In this document: one piece after another, positions 50,860-60,761 of the stretch
Layout of the letters: each line of letters begins with the position of its first letter
Numbering within the stretch: the stretch's first letter is position 1
Notes under the pieces: generated by a model
What the model was told of the DNA's origin: nothing
What the model saw: the letters and a program-made list of their open reading frames with translations, nothing else
Databases searched by the model: none
Assembly: GCA_013349585.1 (NCBI GenBank)
Contig: DUZG01000001.1
Span: 3,499 to 67,498, forward strand
Direction: 5' to 3'
DNA from: Nitrospinota bacterium
GTDB taxonomy: Bacteria; Nitrospinota; Nitrospinia; Nitrospinales; VA-1
DNA: 64,000 nt
Position numbers and translations under genes: made by a program

Positions 50860-52074
50860 TTATATATCCAGTAACTGAACGGATACTTGTGCACCTTCTT
50901 TAATTTCAGATTCTTCCAGAGGGAAAATCAGCAGTCCATTAGCATTGGCGGCAGATTTTAAAATCCCGGATCCCTGTTCGCCTGCCGGAGTTACCGTATA
51001 TTCGCCACTGCTCGATGAGACGATTGCGCTTAAAAAATGAAGTCGTCCTGGTTTTTTATGGATGGTTCGTGTCAGTTTAGCTTGCACCGTTTGGTGCCGT
51101 AGGTCTATGCACCCCATCACTTTTTTCAGAGAAGGGCGGACAAACTGTTCAAAAGAAACAAATGAAGAAACCGGATTGCCAGGCAGTCCAAAAATAGGCG
51201 TTTCGCCAATGCGACCGAAAGCCAAAGGTTTGCCTGGTTTCATGGCGACCTTCCAGAAAAGCATTTCCTGACCCATTTTTTGCAGGCTGGCTTTGACAAG
51301 ATCGTAGTCCCCCACCGACACACCGCCAGATGAAACCACGATATCGGCTTTCAGTGCCGACTCAAACTTTTCCATCAGATCTTTTTCTGTATCTTTTGCG
51401 ATCCCTAAATAAATAGGCAGACCGCCTGCCGAGCGGATTTGTGCCGCCAACATATGACCGTTGCTATTATAAATTTGGGGTCCTTCCGGTTTCTGGTCGA
51501 GCTCAAGAATTTCGTCGCCGGTGGAAAGAATAGAAACAGTGGGTCGCTGGCCCACGGCCACTTGCGACCGGCCTACCACAGCCATCATACCAATATGAGC
51601 AGGACTCAGAGTAGCGCCTTTTTTAATGACGGTTTCGCCTTTTTGCACATCTTCGCCCGCCTTGCGGATATTTTCTTCGACATCAGCGCGGTCTTTCGCG
51701 AGGATGAAGCTCCCCTTTTTATCTGTGTCTTCCTGCATCAAAACCGCGTTGGCCCCTTCCGGGATGGGAGCACCTGTCATGATGCGCATAGCCTGACCTG
51801 GTTTTAAAATGCCTTTCGCAGTATATCCGGCGGCAATTTCTTCTACCACTTCGAGTTTGACAGGAGAATCGGGAGTGGCGGTGGCAATGTCTTCTGCGAT
51901 TAAAGCGTAGCCATCCATCGCGGAGTTATCGAGAGGTGGATTGTTTAACCCGGCAACGACATCTTCCGCAAGCACCCTTCCCAATGCTTGACCCAGAGAA
52001 ACTTTTTCAACGCCTTTGAAATGAATTTTTTCGAGGATTTGTTTCAGTGCTTCCTCGACGGGAATCAGACTCAT
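50860..52074 (-). CDS. moeA: Molybdopterin molybdotransferase
   Basis: PPLDNSAMDGYA, RIMTGAPIP, STGDE, SGGVSVGDYD, MKPGKP, GLPGNPVS. Confidence 0.96.
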   Translation of the reverse strand: MSLIPVEEALKQILEKIHFKGVEKVSLGQALGRVLAEDVVAGLNNPPLDNSAMDGYALIAEDIATATPDSPVKLEVVEEIAAGYTAKGILKPGQAMRIMTGAPIPEGANAVLMQEDTDKKGSFILAKDRADVEENIRKAGEDVQKGETVIKKGATLSPAHIGMMAVVGRSQVAVGQRPTVSILSTGDEILELDQKPEGPQIYNSNGHMLAAQIRSAGGLPIYLGIAKDTEKDLMEKFESALKADIVVSSGGVSVGDYDLVKASLQKMGQEMLFWKVAMKPGKPLAFGRIGETPIFGLPGNPVSSFVSFEQFVRPSLKKVMGCIDLRHQTVQAKLTRTIHKKPGRLHFLSAIVSSSSGEYTVTPAGEQGSGILKSAANANGLLIFPLEESEIKEGAQVSVQLLDI

Positions 52075-53210
52075 GATGGTTCCTTTTTTTGATACACGAT
52101 TATTCTTTTGTTCCTCTTCTCATAATCTTCTGTTGTGTTGATGTTCATAAACTTTGACCGGTCCGCTTCGTCGATCTTTAATTTTTTAAATGGGAGCGCC
52201 TCAATAATTCGGGACATGGAAAGCTCTCGTCTTGACATGGCTTCAAAAAGAGGAACGATGAATTTTGGTTCGTAAATGGCGCACATGGGCTCATAACCGA
52301 AACGGCCTTTTTGAACATAGCAGGTACCATATTTTAATGGGTCTCGCTCTTGTAATATTGTCTCAAAATCCTCTTCTTTTAAAAAGGGCATATCGCATGC
52401 GGTTATCATCCACGCCTTATCTGGGAATCGTCCCATCAAAGTCGCCAGTCCTCCTACAGGCCCCAGTTGGATGTGTTCGTCATTGATACGCTCAACATTA
52501 TTGATTTTTGCCAAAGAACTCATATCTAGATCGGCCCGCGAGGAAAGAAATACTTTATTGCAAAATTTGCTCAATAGATTGACTGCCTTCTCTGTTCCCG
52601 ATACGCCATCGTAGTTTAGCGAAAACTTTGGTTTTCCCATTCGCTTGCTTTCACCTCCTACAAAAACAGCTCCAAAAAGTTCGCTGGCACATCTTTTGAA
52701 ATGACCATTGACAAAGTCAAAGATTTTTTCTATTTCGTCTCGATGGAATAGAGGAATGCCCTGTTCAACAAACGGTTCCAGTGTTCCCGTCCCTTGATGC
52801 ACAATTGCACAAATACCCTTGCTTTCAGGGGGAATCGGAAGTTTGCCTACGGCATTAAGAAACACAATTTTGTTGAATGGAGACTGCTTGTATCCTTCTA
52901 TCAATATACAGTCGCAGCGTTCTAATGCATGTGTGATCGTGAGTTGCTTGAAATCATTATCTGCCAGCACTCCAAAGTGGGTCGGGTCATTGATCGCCAC
53001 AATTCCGGCGCCAGCCTCACGAATACGCGCGGTGTCTTTCCCGGTTTTGTCCATCTCGAAGCGGTGCGAATCGTGTTTGTAGTAACCCACACGGATATCC
53101 TCCTCAGCAAACCGTTGGGTCAGTCTTTCGAGCAGGGTGGTTTTGCCGACACCCGAAAAACCTGCAAAGCAAAGAAAAGGTGTTTTGAATTGTTCCCAAT
53201 AAACATCCAT
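52071..53210 (-). CDS. mobB: MobB-MobA fusion (molybdopterin-guanine dinucleotide biosynthesis)
   Basis: GFSGVGKTT, KHDSH, EGYK (MobB), then GGESKRMGKPK, GPVGG, ACDMP, NINT (MobA). Start placed at ATG 53210. Confidence 0.88.
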   Translation of the reverse strand: MDVYWEQFKTPFLCFAGFSGVGKTTLLERLTQRFAEEDIRVGYYKHDSHRFEMDKTGKDTARIREAGAGIVAINDPTHFGVLADNDFKQLTITHALERCDCILIEGYKQSPFNKIVFLNAVGKLPIPPESKGICAIVHQGTGTLEPFVEQGIPLFHRDEIEKIFDFVNGHFKRCASELFGAVFVGGESKRMGKPKFSLNYDGVSGTEKAVNLLSKFCNKVFLSSRADLDMSSLAKINNVERINDEHIQLGPVGGLATLMGRFPDKAWMITACDMPFLKEEDFETILQERDPLKYGTCYVQKGRFGYEPMCAIYEPKFIVPLFEAMSRRELSMSRIIEALPFKKLKIDEADRSKFMNINTTEDYEKRNKRIIVYQKKEPS

Positions 53211-53343
53211 AGGAAGTGCGTAAGCCTGTATAATGAAGGCCGAACACAACTGGTTGCATGTTCGGCGGTTAAGTCATTTAAAATGAGTGTATTACGCTAT
53301 TATTTCGCAGCCATCTAATGCTGTCAACCCTTTTCCTTTCTAA

Positions 53344-54351
53344 ATGAGAATGAATCGAGTGACCCGATTACAAAGATTTAAAAACTTTCTGATAGCAGGA
53401 GCTGTCGTCTCGGTTTTATTTAATAGCCCTGCATTTTCCGAAGAGATAAACACAACCCAGGCGCCCAACGTGCCACCTCATACCTCGCGGATAATGCCTG
53501 AAACGGTGGTGGTAAAATTTGAGGCGAAAGAGTTTATCGGTCCTTTGGACGGCAAAAACTATAAGTTCTGGAGCTTTAACGGAACCGTTCCTGGGCCTAT
53601 GATCCGCGTACGCCTTGGCGATACGGTGGAATTTCATCTTTCCAACGATAGCGCTAATCAGTTTCCGCATAATATTGATCTTCATGCCGTCAACGGACCG
53701 GGAGGCGGGGCGGCAGTCACCCTGGTGGCTCCAGGTGAGGAAAAAGTATTTCAATTTAAAACGCTGCATCCAGGACTCTTTGTTTACCATTGCGCTTCAC
53801 CTGTACCCAGCATCCCGGCGCATATTGCCAACGGCATGTACGGACTGATTCTGGTTGAGCCGAAGCATGGGTTGTCACGCGTGGACCATGAGTTTTATGT
53901 TTTTCAGAGTGAATTTTTCACCCAGCCTTCAGAAGATGAAGATGTGCTGGAATTTTCGCTGGAAAAAGGCATGGCAGAACAAGCGGATTATGTCGTATTC
54001 AATGGTAATTCGGGCGCATTGATGGGGGACAACGCTTTGCAGGCGGAAGTGGGAGACAAAATAAGAATCTATTTTGGCAATATAGGTCCCAACGGAGCTT
54101 CTTCTTTCCATGTTATTGGCGAAGTCTTTGACGAGGTTTATGTGGAAGGTGCATTGAACGGGATCACTAATAAAAACGTGCAAACCACCCTGGTTCCCTC
54201 AGCTGGCACCGCTATTGTAGAATTCAAGGTAGACATTCCTGGGGATTATTTGTTGGTCGACCACAGTATATTCAGAATCAATAAAGGAGCGGTGGGTATG
54301 CTTACTGTCACTGGCGAAGAAAACCCGGAGATTTTTCGAGCTCTTGATTAA
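53344..54351 (+). CDS. nirK: Copper-containing nitrite reductase
   Basis: FNGTVPGP, HNIDLHAV, YHCA...HIANGMYG, SSFHVIGE, LVDHS; export signal. Confidence 0.95.
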   Translation: MRMNRVTRLQRFKNFLIAGAVVSVLFNSPAFSEEINTTQAPNVPPHTSRIMPETVVVKFEAKEFIGPLDGKNYKFWSFNGTVPGPMIRVRLGDTVEFHLSNDSANQFPHNIDLHAVNGPGGGAAVTLVAPGEEKVFQFKTLHPGLFVYHCASPVPSIPAHIANGMYGLILVEPKHGLSRVDHEFYVFQSEFFTQPSEDEDVLEFSLEKGMAEQADYVVFNGNSGALMGDNALQAEVGDKIRIYFGNIGPNGASSFHVIGEVFDEVYVEGALNGITNKNVQTTLVPSAGTAIVEFKVDIPGDYLLVDHSIFRINKGAVGMLTVTGEENPEIFRALD

Positions 54352-54360
54352 AGTCTTTCA

Positions 54361-54500
54361 CTAGTGAACTTTTTCATAATAGCTGATGATCTGTTTTAAC
54401 CGTTTGAATTTCTCAGCACGGATTTTGGAATTCAAAAGTTTCTGTCTTGCCCAATGGGGTTCTAACTTCAAGAAATTAGGATAATGGGCCTGCCCACGCT
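54361..54500 (-). pseudogene. Orphan diverged copy of the TgpA-like C-terminus (DUF4129-like)
   Basis: LKLEPHWARQKLLNSKIRAEKFKRLKQIISYYEKVH* aligns without gaps to IKIKPH*TARELLNSNIPTENSHQEKQTIDYYEKVR at about 57000-57105. Confidence 0.7.
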
Positions 54501-54594
54501 AAAAAAACTTAATTTCCTGTGAGGCTAATCCATTACCTTTTATTAATCAATAAATTAAGCGTTTATATTTTAAGGAAATGATAATCTGCGATTC

Positions 54595-56835
54595 ATGACT
54601 TCTTTTAATTCAAAATTTTTATTATTTCTGGTGGGGTTGTTTTTATTGACTGTGATTGTATTTCGAGGTGTTCTCGATAACGGGTTTGTTCTGAATTGGG
54701 ACGATTTGGAATACGTTACTGAAAACCCCATGGTTCAGAAATGGCCTAATTTTTTTGAGATGACCACTTCATTTTACGCTGCGAACTGGCATCCGCTAAC
54801 TTGGTTTTGACATGCATTGGATTATCAATTATATGGCTTGAATCCTTGGGGTCATCATTTAACAAATTTGTTGTTGCATGGATTAAATACCTGCTTGGTA
54901 TTTGTGCTATTTGTCTTGTTGGTAGGTAGAGGGAGAGAGGGTTCGGATAATGGTGTGTATATAGGGGGCATTTTTACAGCTCTTCTATTTGGCTTGCATC
55001 CTTTGCGTGTTGAATCCGTAGCCTGGGTTTCTGAACGTAAGGATTTGCTTTGTGGCTTCTTTTTCTTTTCTACCATTGCAGGCTATTGTGCGCTTATGTG
55101 CGCGAGAAAAAACGTTTGGGATATAGCCTTCTGATTTTTTTTCTTTGCATTGGCCATGATGTCCAAGCCGATGGCTGTAACATTACCTATTGTCCTTTTG
55201 CTTTTAGATATTTTTCCTTTGGAACGTTTGCGTTTGACAAAAGACCTTCTCCCCCTTTGTATAGAAAAAATTCCTCTCTTTGCTTTGAGCCTGTTAGGTG
55301 GAGTGCTGACCCTATTGGCGCAGAGCACTACCGGTGCAGTCAGGACATTGCAAGAAACCTCTCTTGCTGACCGGATCATAAATTCTTTCCAAACCCTCTG
55401 GGCATATATAGAAAAAACATTTTGGCTTCAGGACCTGCTTCCGTTTTATCCATTTTTGGAAAACCCTTCCCTGCTCAGCATGAAATTTTTACTGGGATTG
55501 ATTTTATTTCTTGCGATAACTCTGCTTAGTTTTTATCAATGGAGGAAGGGCAACCCTGTATGGCTTGTAGCATTGCTATTTTACCTGATCACAATGGCAC
55601 CAGTTATTGGCATCATCAAAGTGGGGGCACAGGCGATGGCAGATCGTTACACCTACATCCCTACTCTAAGTCTTGCTTTTTTATCTGGAGCAGGGCTAAT
55701 GAACTTGTGGCAACATAATAAGATTCGATCAGGAATAATTTTGGTCACCGCTATCATGGCTTTTGCTTTAAATAACTTATCTGCTAAACAGATCAGAATT
55801 TGGCACGATGGAGAGTCTCTGTGGATACCCGTAGCGGAAAAGTTTCCTGAGAAGGTTTATCATGCCCATGCGAACCTTGCTTCATTTCATTTCCAAGAAG
55901 GTCGACTTAAAAAGGCCGAAGATCAATTGAAAATAGCAATGAAAATTCAACCCAATCAGGTCGACACGCTTTTTTATCTGGGAATGGTTTATACAGATCA
56001 AGGTCGGCTTGCTGAGGCTAAGGAATTATTGGAAAAAGCCTTATTGCTGAATGCTAAAGATGAAAGAGTACTTTATCGGTTAGGTGTATTGTATGAAAAA
56101 TTAGGTCAAGAGAATCTTGCACAAAATGAATATAACAAGGCCCTGACCTTAAAACCTGAGTTAGAACCGGTGCGGCTTCGACTCGGTCAGCTTTATTCGA
56201 AAGCAGGACGATTTAAGGAGGCCGAAGAACAATTTAAAAAAGTGCTGGAACTCAATGCAGAATCTGAGGGAGCGAGGAATAATTTAGGAGTACTGTATTA
56301 TCAAAATGGCAGATTTGAGCAGGCTGAAGCGGAATATTTGCGGGTTATAAAAACTTGGCCCCGCAAAGTGCAAGCCTACAACAACCTGGGTATTCTCTAT
56401 TACGAAACGAAAAAATATGAGGATGCGGAAATTATTTACCAAAAGGTTTTGGAGCTAGACCCAAGCTATATTGAAGCAAAAAATAATTTCGGGGTTCTAA
56501 ACCTGGCGATGAATAAAACAAAGGATGCCCTAAGTCTATTGCAGTCTTCAAAATCCATGGACCCTAACCGTGTTAATACGCTTTACTACCTGGGTATGGC
56601 TTATATGGCTGAAAGAAACTGGCTATCTGCCCAGACGGAATTCAGAGCAGCGTTGTCTTTGAATTCAGATAATGCAGATATATACGACAAACTGGGTATT
56701 GTATTAGCTCAAGAAGGAAAGTGGAAAAAATCACGGGAAGCTTTTCTATCGGCACTTCGGCTAGACCCTTTGCATTTTTCCGCCAAGGGAAATCTTCAAC
56801 GGTTGGAAAATAAAATAATAGCAAACAGTCAATAA
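54595..56835 (+). pseudogene. TMTC-like GT-C membrane glycosyltransferase with a TPR array, disrupted
   Basis: NWDDLEY, NWHPLTW, LHPLRVESVAWVSERKD, SKPMAVTLP, ADRYTY and about 10 TPRs. In-frame TGA at 54808 plus two compensating frameshifts at about 55090 and 55135-55142. Confidence 0.85.
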
Positions 56836-56931
56836 AAGGTTAATTGGTTCATTGAAATGGACTAAACATCGGGGCTGGGTCAAGAAAACCGAGGGATATT
56901 TCGAGTCCGCGATTAATCTATCATTAGAGGA

Positions 56932-58950
56932 TTAAATAGAAATTAGTGACACTTTAATTTCTTTTTCGATGCTCGGGTTCGTCGGCTGATTTCCGAAGCG
57001 AACTTTTTCGTAATAGTCGATGGTCTGTTTTTCTTGATGGGAATTTTCAGTGGGGATGTTGGAGTTCAATAGTTCCCGCGCGGTTCAATGGGGTTTTATT
57101 TTGATGCCGTTCTTTTCAAGACGCTTTTGCAATTCTTCATACAACAATACCGCTTGCGATGATGGCGGTGAAAACCCACTTTTTCTTAAAAGAAAAATAT
57201 AGCCAACCATTACCAGCAGGATCAATAACGTCCATCTTTGATTCGATATCTACTCTTTCCATTCCAATGAAGTCAGATTTTTCAGCGAGTCCATAGCATC
57301 GCGTCCACCGGAGCGGAAGAACCGGATCATGTCGGCTTGATGGTTGACGGAATAACGGATGATATAACGCTGCCAGTTCATCCGTAGGAGGTCGAGGGCT
57401 TGTTTCAGGGGGTTGAGTTGCGGGACAGCTGCTTGCCGAAGCATCTGGCGGGGTTCGGTCAAACACCGCCCAGCTCACTCCAGCTAGGTAAGCTTCGACC
57501 CAGGAATGGGCATGGCTTTGGGACTATAAGGTGATTTCCCCATTCGTGCCATTCGGCACCCACAAAACCGTTGACCAGTCGGGCGGGCACACCGGCTGCC
57601 CGAAGCAGGATGACCATATCAGAAGCAAAACATTCGCTGTGCCCTTCTTTTCTACTAAATAGAAAATGTTCCAGCGCGGTTTTATCGGGGTCGTTTTTCA
57701 TTTCCAGCGTATAAGCAAAATTGCTGAAATGATTGAGAATGTTAAACGCTTTTTCTCGAGCTGAATTGGCAGAATAGGTCAGTTTTGCCGCTAAAATTTT
57801 TGTTGCTGTACTGATTTTTGGAGGTTGCAAAAACCGTTCAGGAAAAACAGTTTCATCGGGATGTGGAAGCTCAAGATTGTAGGTTCTATTCGGATCAGAT
57901 ATTTCAGAGGTTAGCCTATATTTTTTGGGGCCAGACTGCGCACGACCGGTTTTTAAAACGAATCCTTGATCCATGTTCAGTCTTGTGAAATTTCCATCGA
58001 CAAAAACGGGGATGCCATGTGTGAACAAATATGGAATATCAAAGGATTCCATACAAACGATTTACTCAACCACCTCGGTGGGTCGAGATACCTTGAAGAG
58101 GCTGAGTCCATGTCCCGGTTTATTTGACAGACTGAATCCGTTGTTCAAGGTGGGGTTCCAGGTCTTACCGTTGTAATGGTCCAACACCACGCCGCGCCAG
58201 TGGATGTGAGATTTGGGCCGGTAAGGCTGACCGTTTCGGGTATATTCAACGCGCATCACCACCGATGAGTTTTGTTTTATTTTGCCGACATCCCCGAGTG
58301 TGACAACATCCGAAAACCCGGTGATACGGGGAGAAGACGTGTTCAAGGCGATGAAGATGACAGCAGTCATTATAAAACTGAGAGCAACCAGTCCGGTGGC
58401 CCATCCTAGTAAGGTTTTATTGAGCTTCTGATTTTTACCACGGTTTTTAAATAGTTTGGGTGGACTGCGACTGCTAACTTGTTCCGCCATCAGGTGGTAA
58501 GAAATCAGACACCAACTCAACACCAGATAAAAGCTGAGAAAAACAAGACCGAAGGCCAGATCCTAGACGTAAAGGGCTCCGATTAAAAGGCAGACGATAG
58601 CAATGAGATAGCCGAACAGATATCGTTGAATTCTGTTTTAAAAATGAAGTGGGTATAAAGAAGGTAGACTAGGAACCCTGATATTAGATTAAGAATGGGT
58701 AAGCCAAATCCAAGGTAGAGTGAAATCACCAACAGCAAGCCCCAGCTAGAACTTGGAAATTTTTTGAGGGAGCGACACGAATCGTTGCAAGATATTCTAA
58801 CGTGTAACAATAGATCAATCCGGCAATAAGAATTCCTCCCGTAAAGACAGAAAAAATCTCACTCAACGTCAGACAGGTCAGGGCCAATCCGGCGAAGAGG
58901 TAGTTGCTGATGAGGAATCCGGTACGAAGGTTCAGGCTGAAGTTTGACAA
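56932..58950 (-). pseudogene. TgpA-like transglutaminase (DUF3488 + TGase + DUF4129) pseudogene
   Basis: ITGFSDVVTLG, HWRGVVLD, GHSECFAS (catalytic Cys position lost), GVPARLVNGF, YYEKVRFG; many frameshifts and stops. Confidence 0.88.
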
Positions 58951-59062
58951 TCGAAATCCTATTATCTAGAATGATTTCTTTTTAAATATCTTAGTCGGTT
59001 GCAACCGACTAAGAATTATTTTAAATATTCCAATATTATCGCTAATTTTATCTGGAGGTTCC

Positions 59063-59617
59063 ATGAACATTTTTGTAAAAGGCATTGCCGCAAGTTTAAT
59101 GGGAGTATTAATGACCGGGACTGCCGCGCAAGGTGAGGAAATAGCGGTTATAGAAACCACCTTGGGAAATATTGAGCTGGAATTTCTAGATGATCTAGCT
59201 CCAGGTCACACAAAAAACTTCAAAGACCTGGCTAATAAAGGGTTTTATGACGGAACCATTTTTCATCGGGTGATTCCTGGATTCATGATCCAAGGTGGCG
59301 ATCCAAACTCTAAAAGTGAAGACCGTTCAAGTCATGGTACGGGTGGGCCGGGCTATACGATTAATTCGGAGTTCAATGATACGCCGCATGACCGTGGCAT
59401 TCTTTCCATGGCGCGCTCGCAAGACCCGAACAGTGCAGGCTCTCAGTTTTATATTGTGGTAAAAGACTCTCACTTTCTTGATGGTCAATACACAGCATTT
59501 GGTAAAGTGATCAGTGGAATGGATGTGGCGGATAAGATCGTTAACTCTCCTCGTGACTCCGCTGATAACCCGAACGAACGGATAGAAATGAAGTCCGTGA
59601 AAATTGTAAGCAAGTAG
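59063..59617 (+). CDS. Cyclophilin-type peptidyl-prolyl isomerase
   Basis: FHRVIPGFMIQGGD, SMAR..PNSAGSQF, LDGQYTAFG. Confidence 0.95.
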   Translation: MNIFVKGIAASLMGVLMTGTAAQGEEIAVIETTLGNIELEFLDDLAPGHTKNFKDLANKGFYDGTIFHRVIPGFMIQGGDPNSKSEDRSSHGTGGPGYTINSEFNDTPHDRGILSMARSQDPNSAGSQFYIVVKDSHFLDGQYTAFGKVISGMDVADKIVNSPRDSADNPNERIEMKSVKIVSK

Positions 59618-59629
59618 CCGAGGATACTA

Positions 59630-59751
59630 CTCTCCCCCCTTCAAAAGGAGGGGCAGGGGAGGGTTGGTTTTTTATAGTTGTTCGCCAATCGTCAATATCT
59701 CGACCCTTACCAGTCTCCCCTCGTAAGCACCCGTTGGGTGACGGGGAGGGA
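59630..59751. repeat. Inverted pair of REP-like palindromes (REPIN-like)
   Basis: ctccccccttcaaaaggaggggcaggggagggt ... acccttaccagtctcccctcg-(caccc/gggtg hairpin)-cggggaggg. Confidence 0.65.
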
Positions 59752-59785
59752 ATATTTGAAATTCTTCTTTGATACAGGAAATAGA

Positions 59786-60142
59786 ATGGAAACCGAATGT
59801 AAGATTAATGTTTACGAGATCATGGGAACCTCGACTCCAGCGGGTAGAACGTCGGAGTCTGGGGAGCCTTCAGGGGAAACGATAAGAAACCTCATAATAG
59901 AGAACTGGGAAAAGCATGAAAAGCTTTCGATCTATTTCGAAGGGGTGATGCAAATGACCAGGCCTTTTGTCGATGAGGCCTTTGCCAAAGTGCTTGAGGT
60001 TTATTCTTTAGATCAGTTCAATCAGAAACTGCATTTCCCCGATGCCAACGATCGAATCGTAAAAAGTTTGAACGATGCGATTAAATTGCGGATAAAGATT
60101 ATCAAAATGCATAAGGACCGCGCAGAAGAGGAAGCTTTGTAA
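59786..60142 (+). CDS. STAS-like (DUF4325-type) small protein
   Basis: SGETIR...IYFEGVMQMTRPFVDEAFAK. Start placed at ATG 59786 after AGGA; the longer ORF start lies inside the repeat. Confidence 0.7.
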   Translation: METECKINVYEIMGTSTPAGRTSESGEPSGETIRNLIIENWEKHEKLSIYFEGVMQMTRPFVDEAFAKVLEVYSLDQFNQKLHFPDANDRIVKSLNDAIKLRIKIIKMHKDRAEEEAL

Positions 60143-60155
60143 ATAAAACTTCGTT

Positions 60156-60758
60156 CTATTTCAACGTGGTTTTTGCTACGTCTTCTATGAAAGGATTGAG
60201 AAAGGCTGGAATTGCCTCCGCATTCTGAACCGTGTAGACACGGTTGTGTGAAGTGACAGGTTCATCTACTATAATGGCTTTTGCGCCTTCCAATTCCTTG
60301 ATGGCTTTTTTGTTTCCAGGCTCTGTCGTAACCTCCAGATTTTGAAGCAGTTCAGCTTTTCCTAAACAGGGCACGGCACTGCCGATGGCGGCAACTACCA
60401 TTTTAGATCGGTGACGATCATTGAGAACAAGTCGCACTAACTCGTCTTTCCATAAGTAGGATCTTGCACCGTTCCCACCTATTACGATGACCCCATGAAA
60501 AACTCCCTTGATTTGCCGTACTCCTTTGGCTGCGGAAACATAACTGTCCCCAGTGATGCCTTCAATGGCATCGACGATCAATACATCGGGGGTGGTGCGA
60601 CCGCCTTTCATACCTACCGCTTCTTTTAGTTTATTGGATGCGACCATGGCAGTAGCTCCCTCCGATTTCATAGCTTCAAGAACCGGATCGAGTTCGCTCT
60701 CCATATAATAATCTTTGGGAATGATGATCAGTATATTCTTTCCTACAAGCCGCTCCAT
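60156..60758 (-). CDS. DJ-1/PfpI family protein
   Basis: YMESELD, VIGGNGA, VAAIGSAV (Cys of the usual AAICxG replaced). Confidence 0.8.
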   Translation of the reverse strand: MERLVGKNILIIIPKDYYMESELDPVLEAMKSEGATAMVASNKLKEAVGMKGGRTTPDVLIVDAIEGITGDSYVSAAKGVRQIKGVFHGVIVIGGNGARSYLWKDELVRLVLNDRHRSKMVVAAIGSAVPCLGKAELLQNLEVTTEPGNKKAIKELEGAKAIIVDEPVTSHNRVYTVQNAEAIPAFLNPFIEDVAKTTLK

Positions 60759-60761
60759 ATT

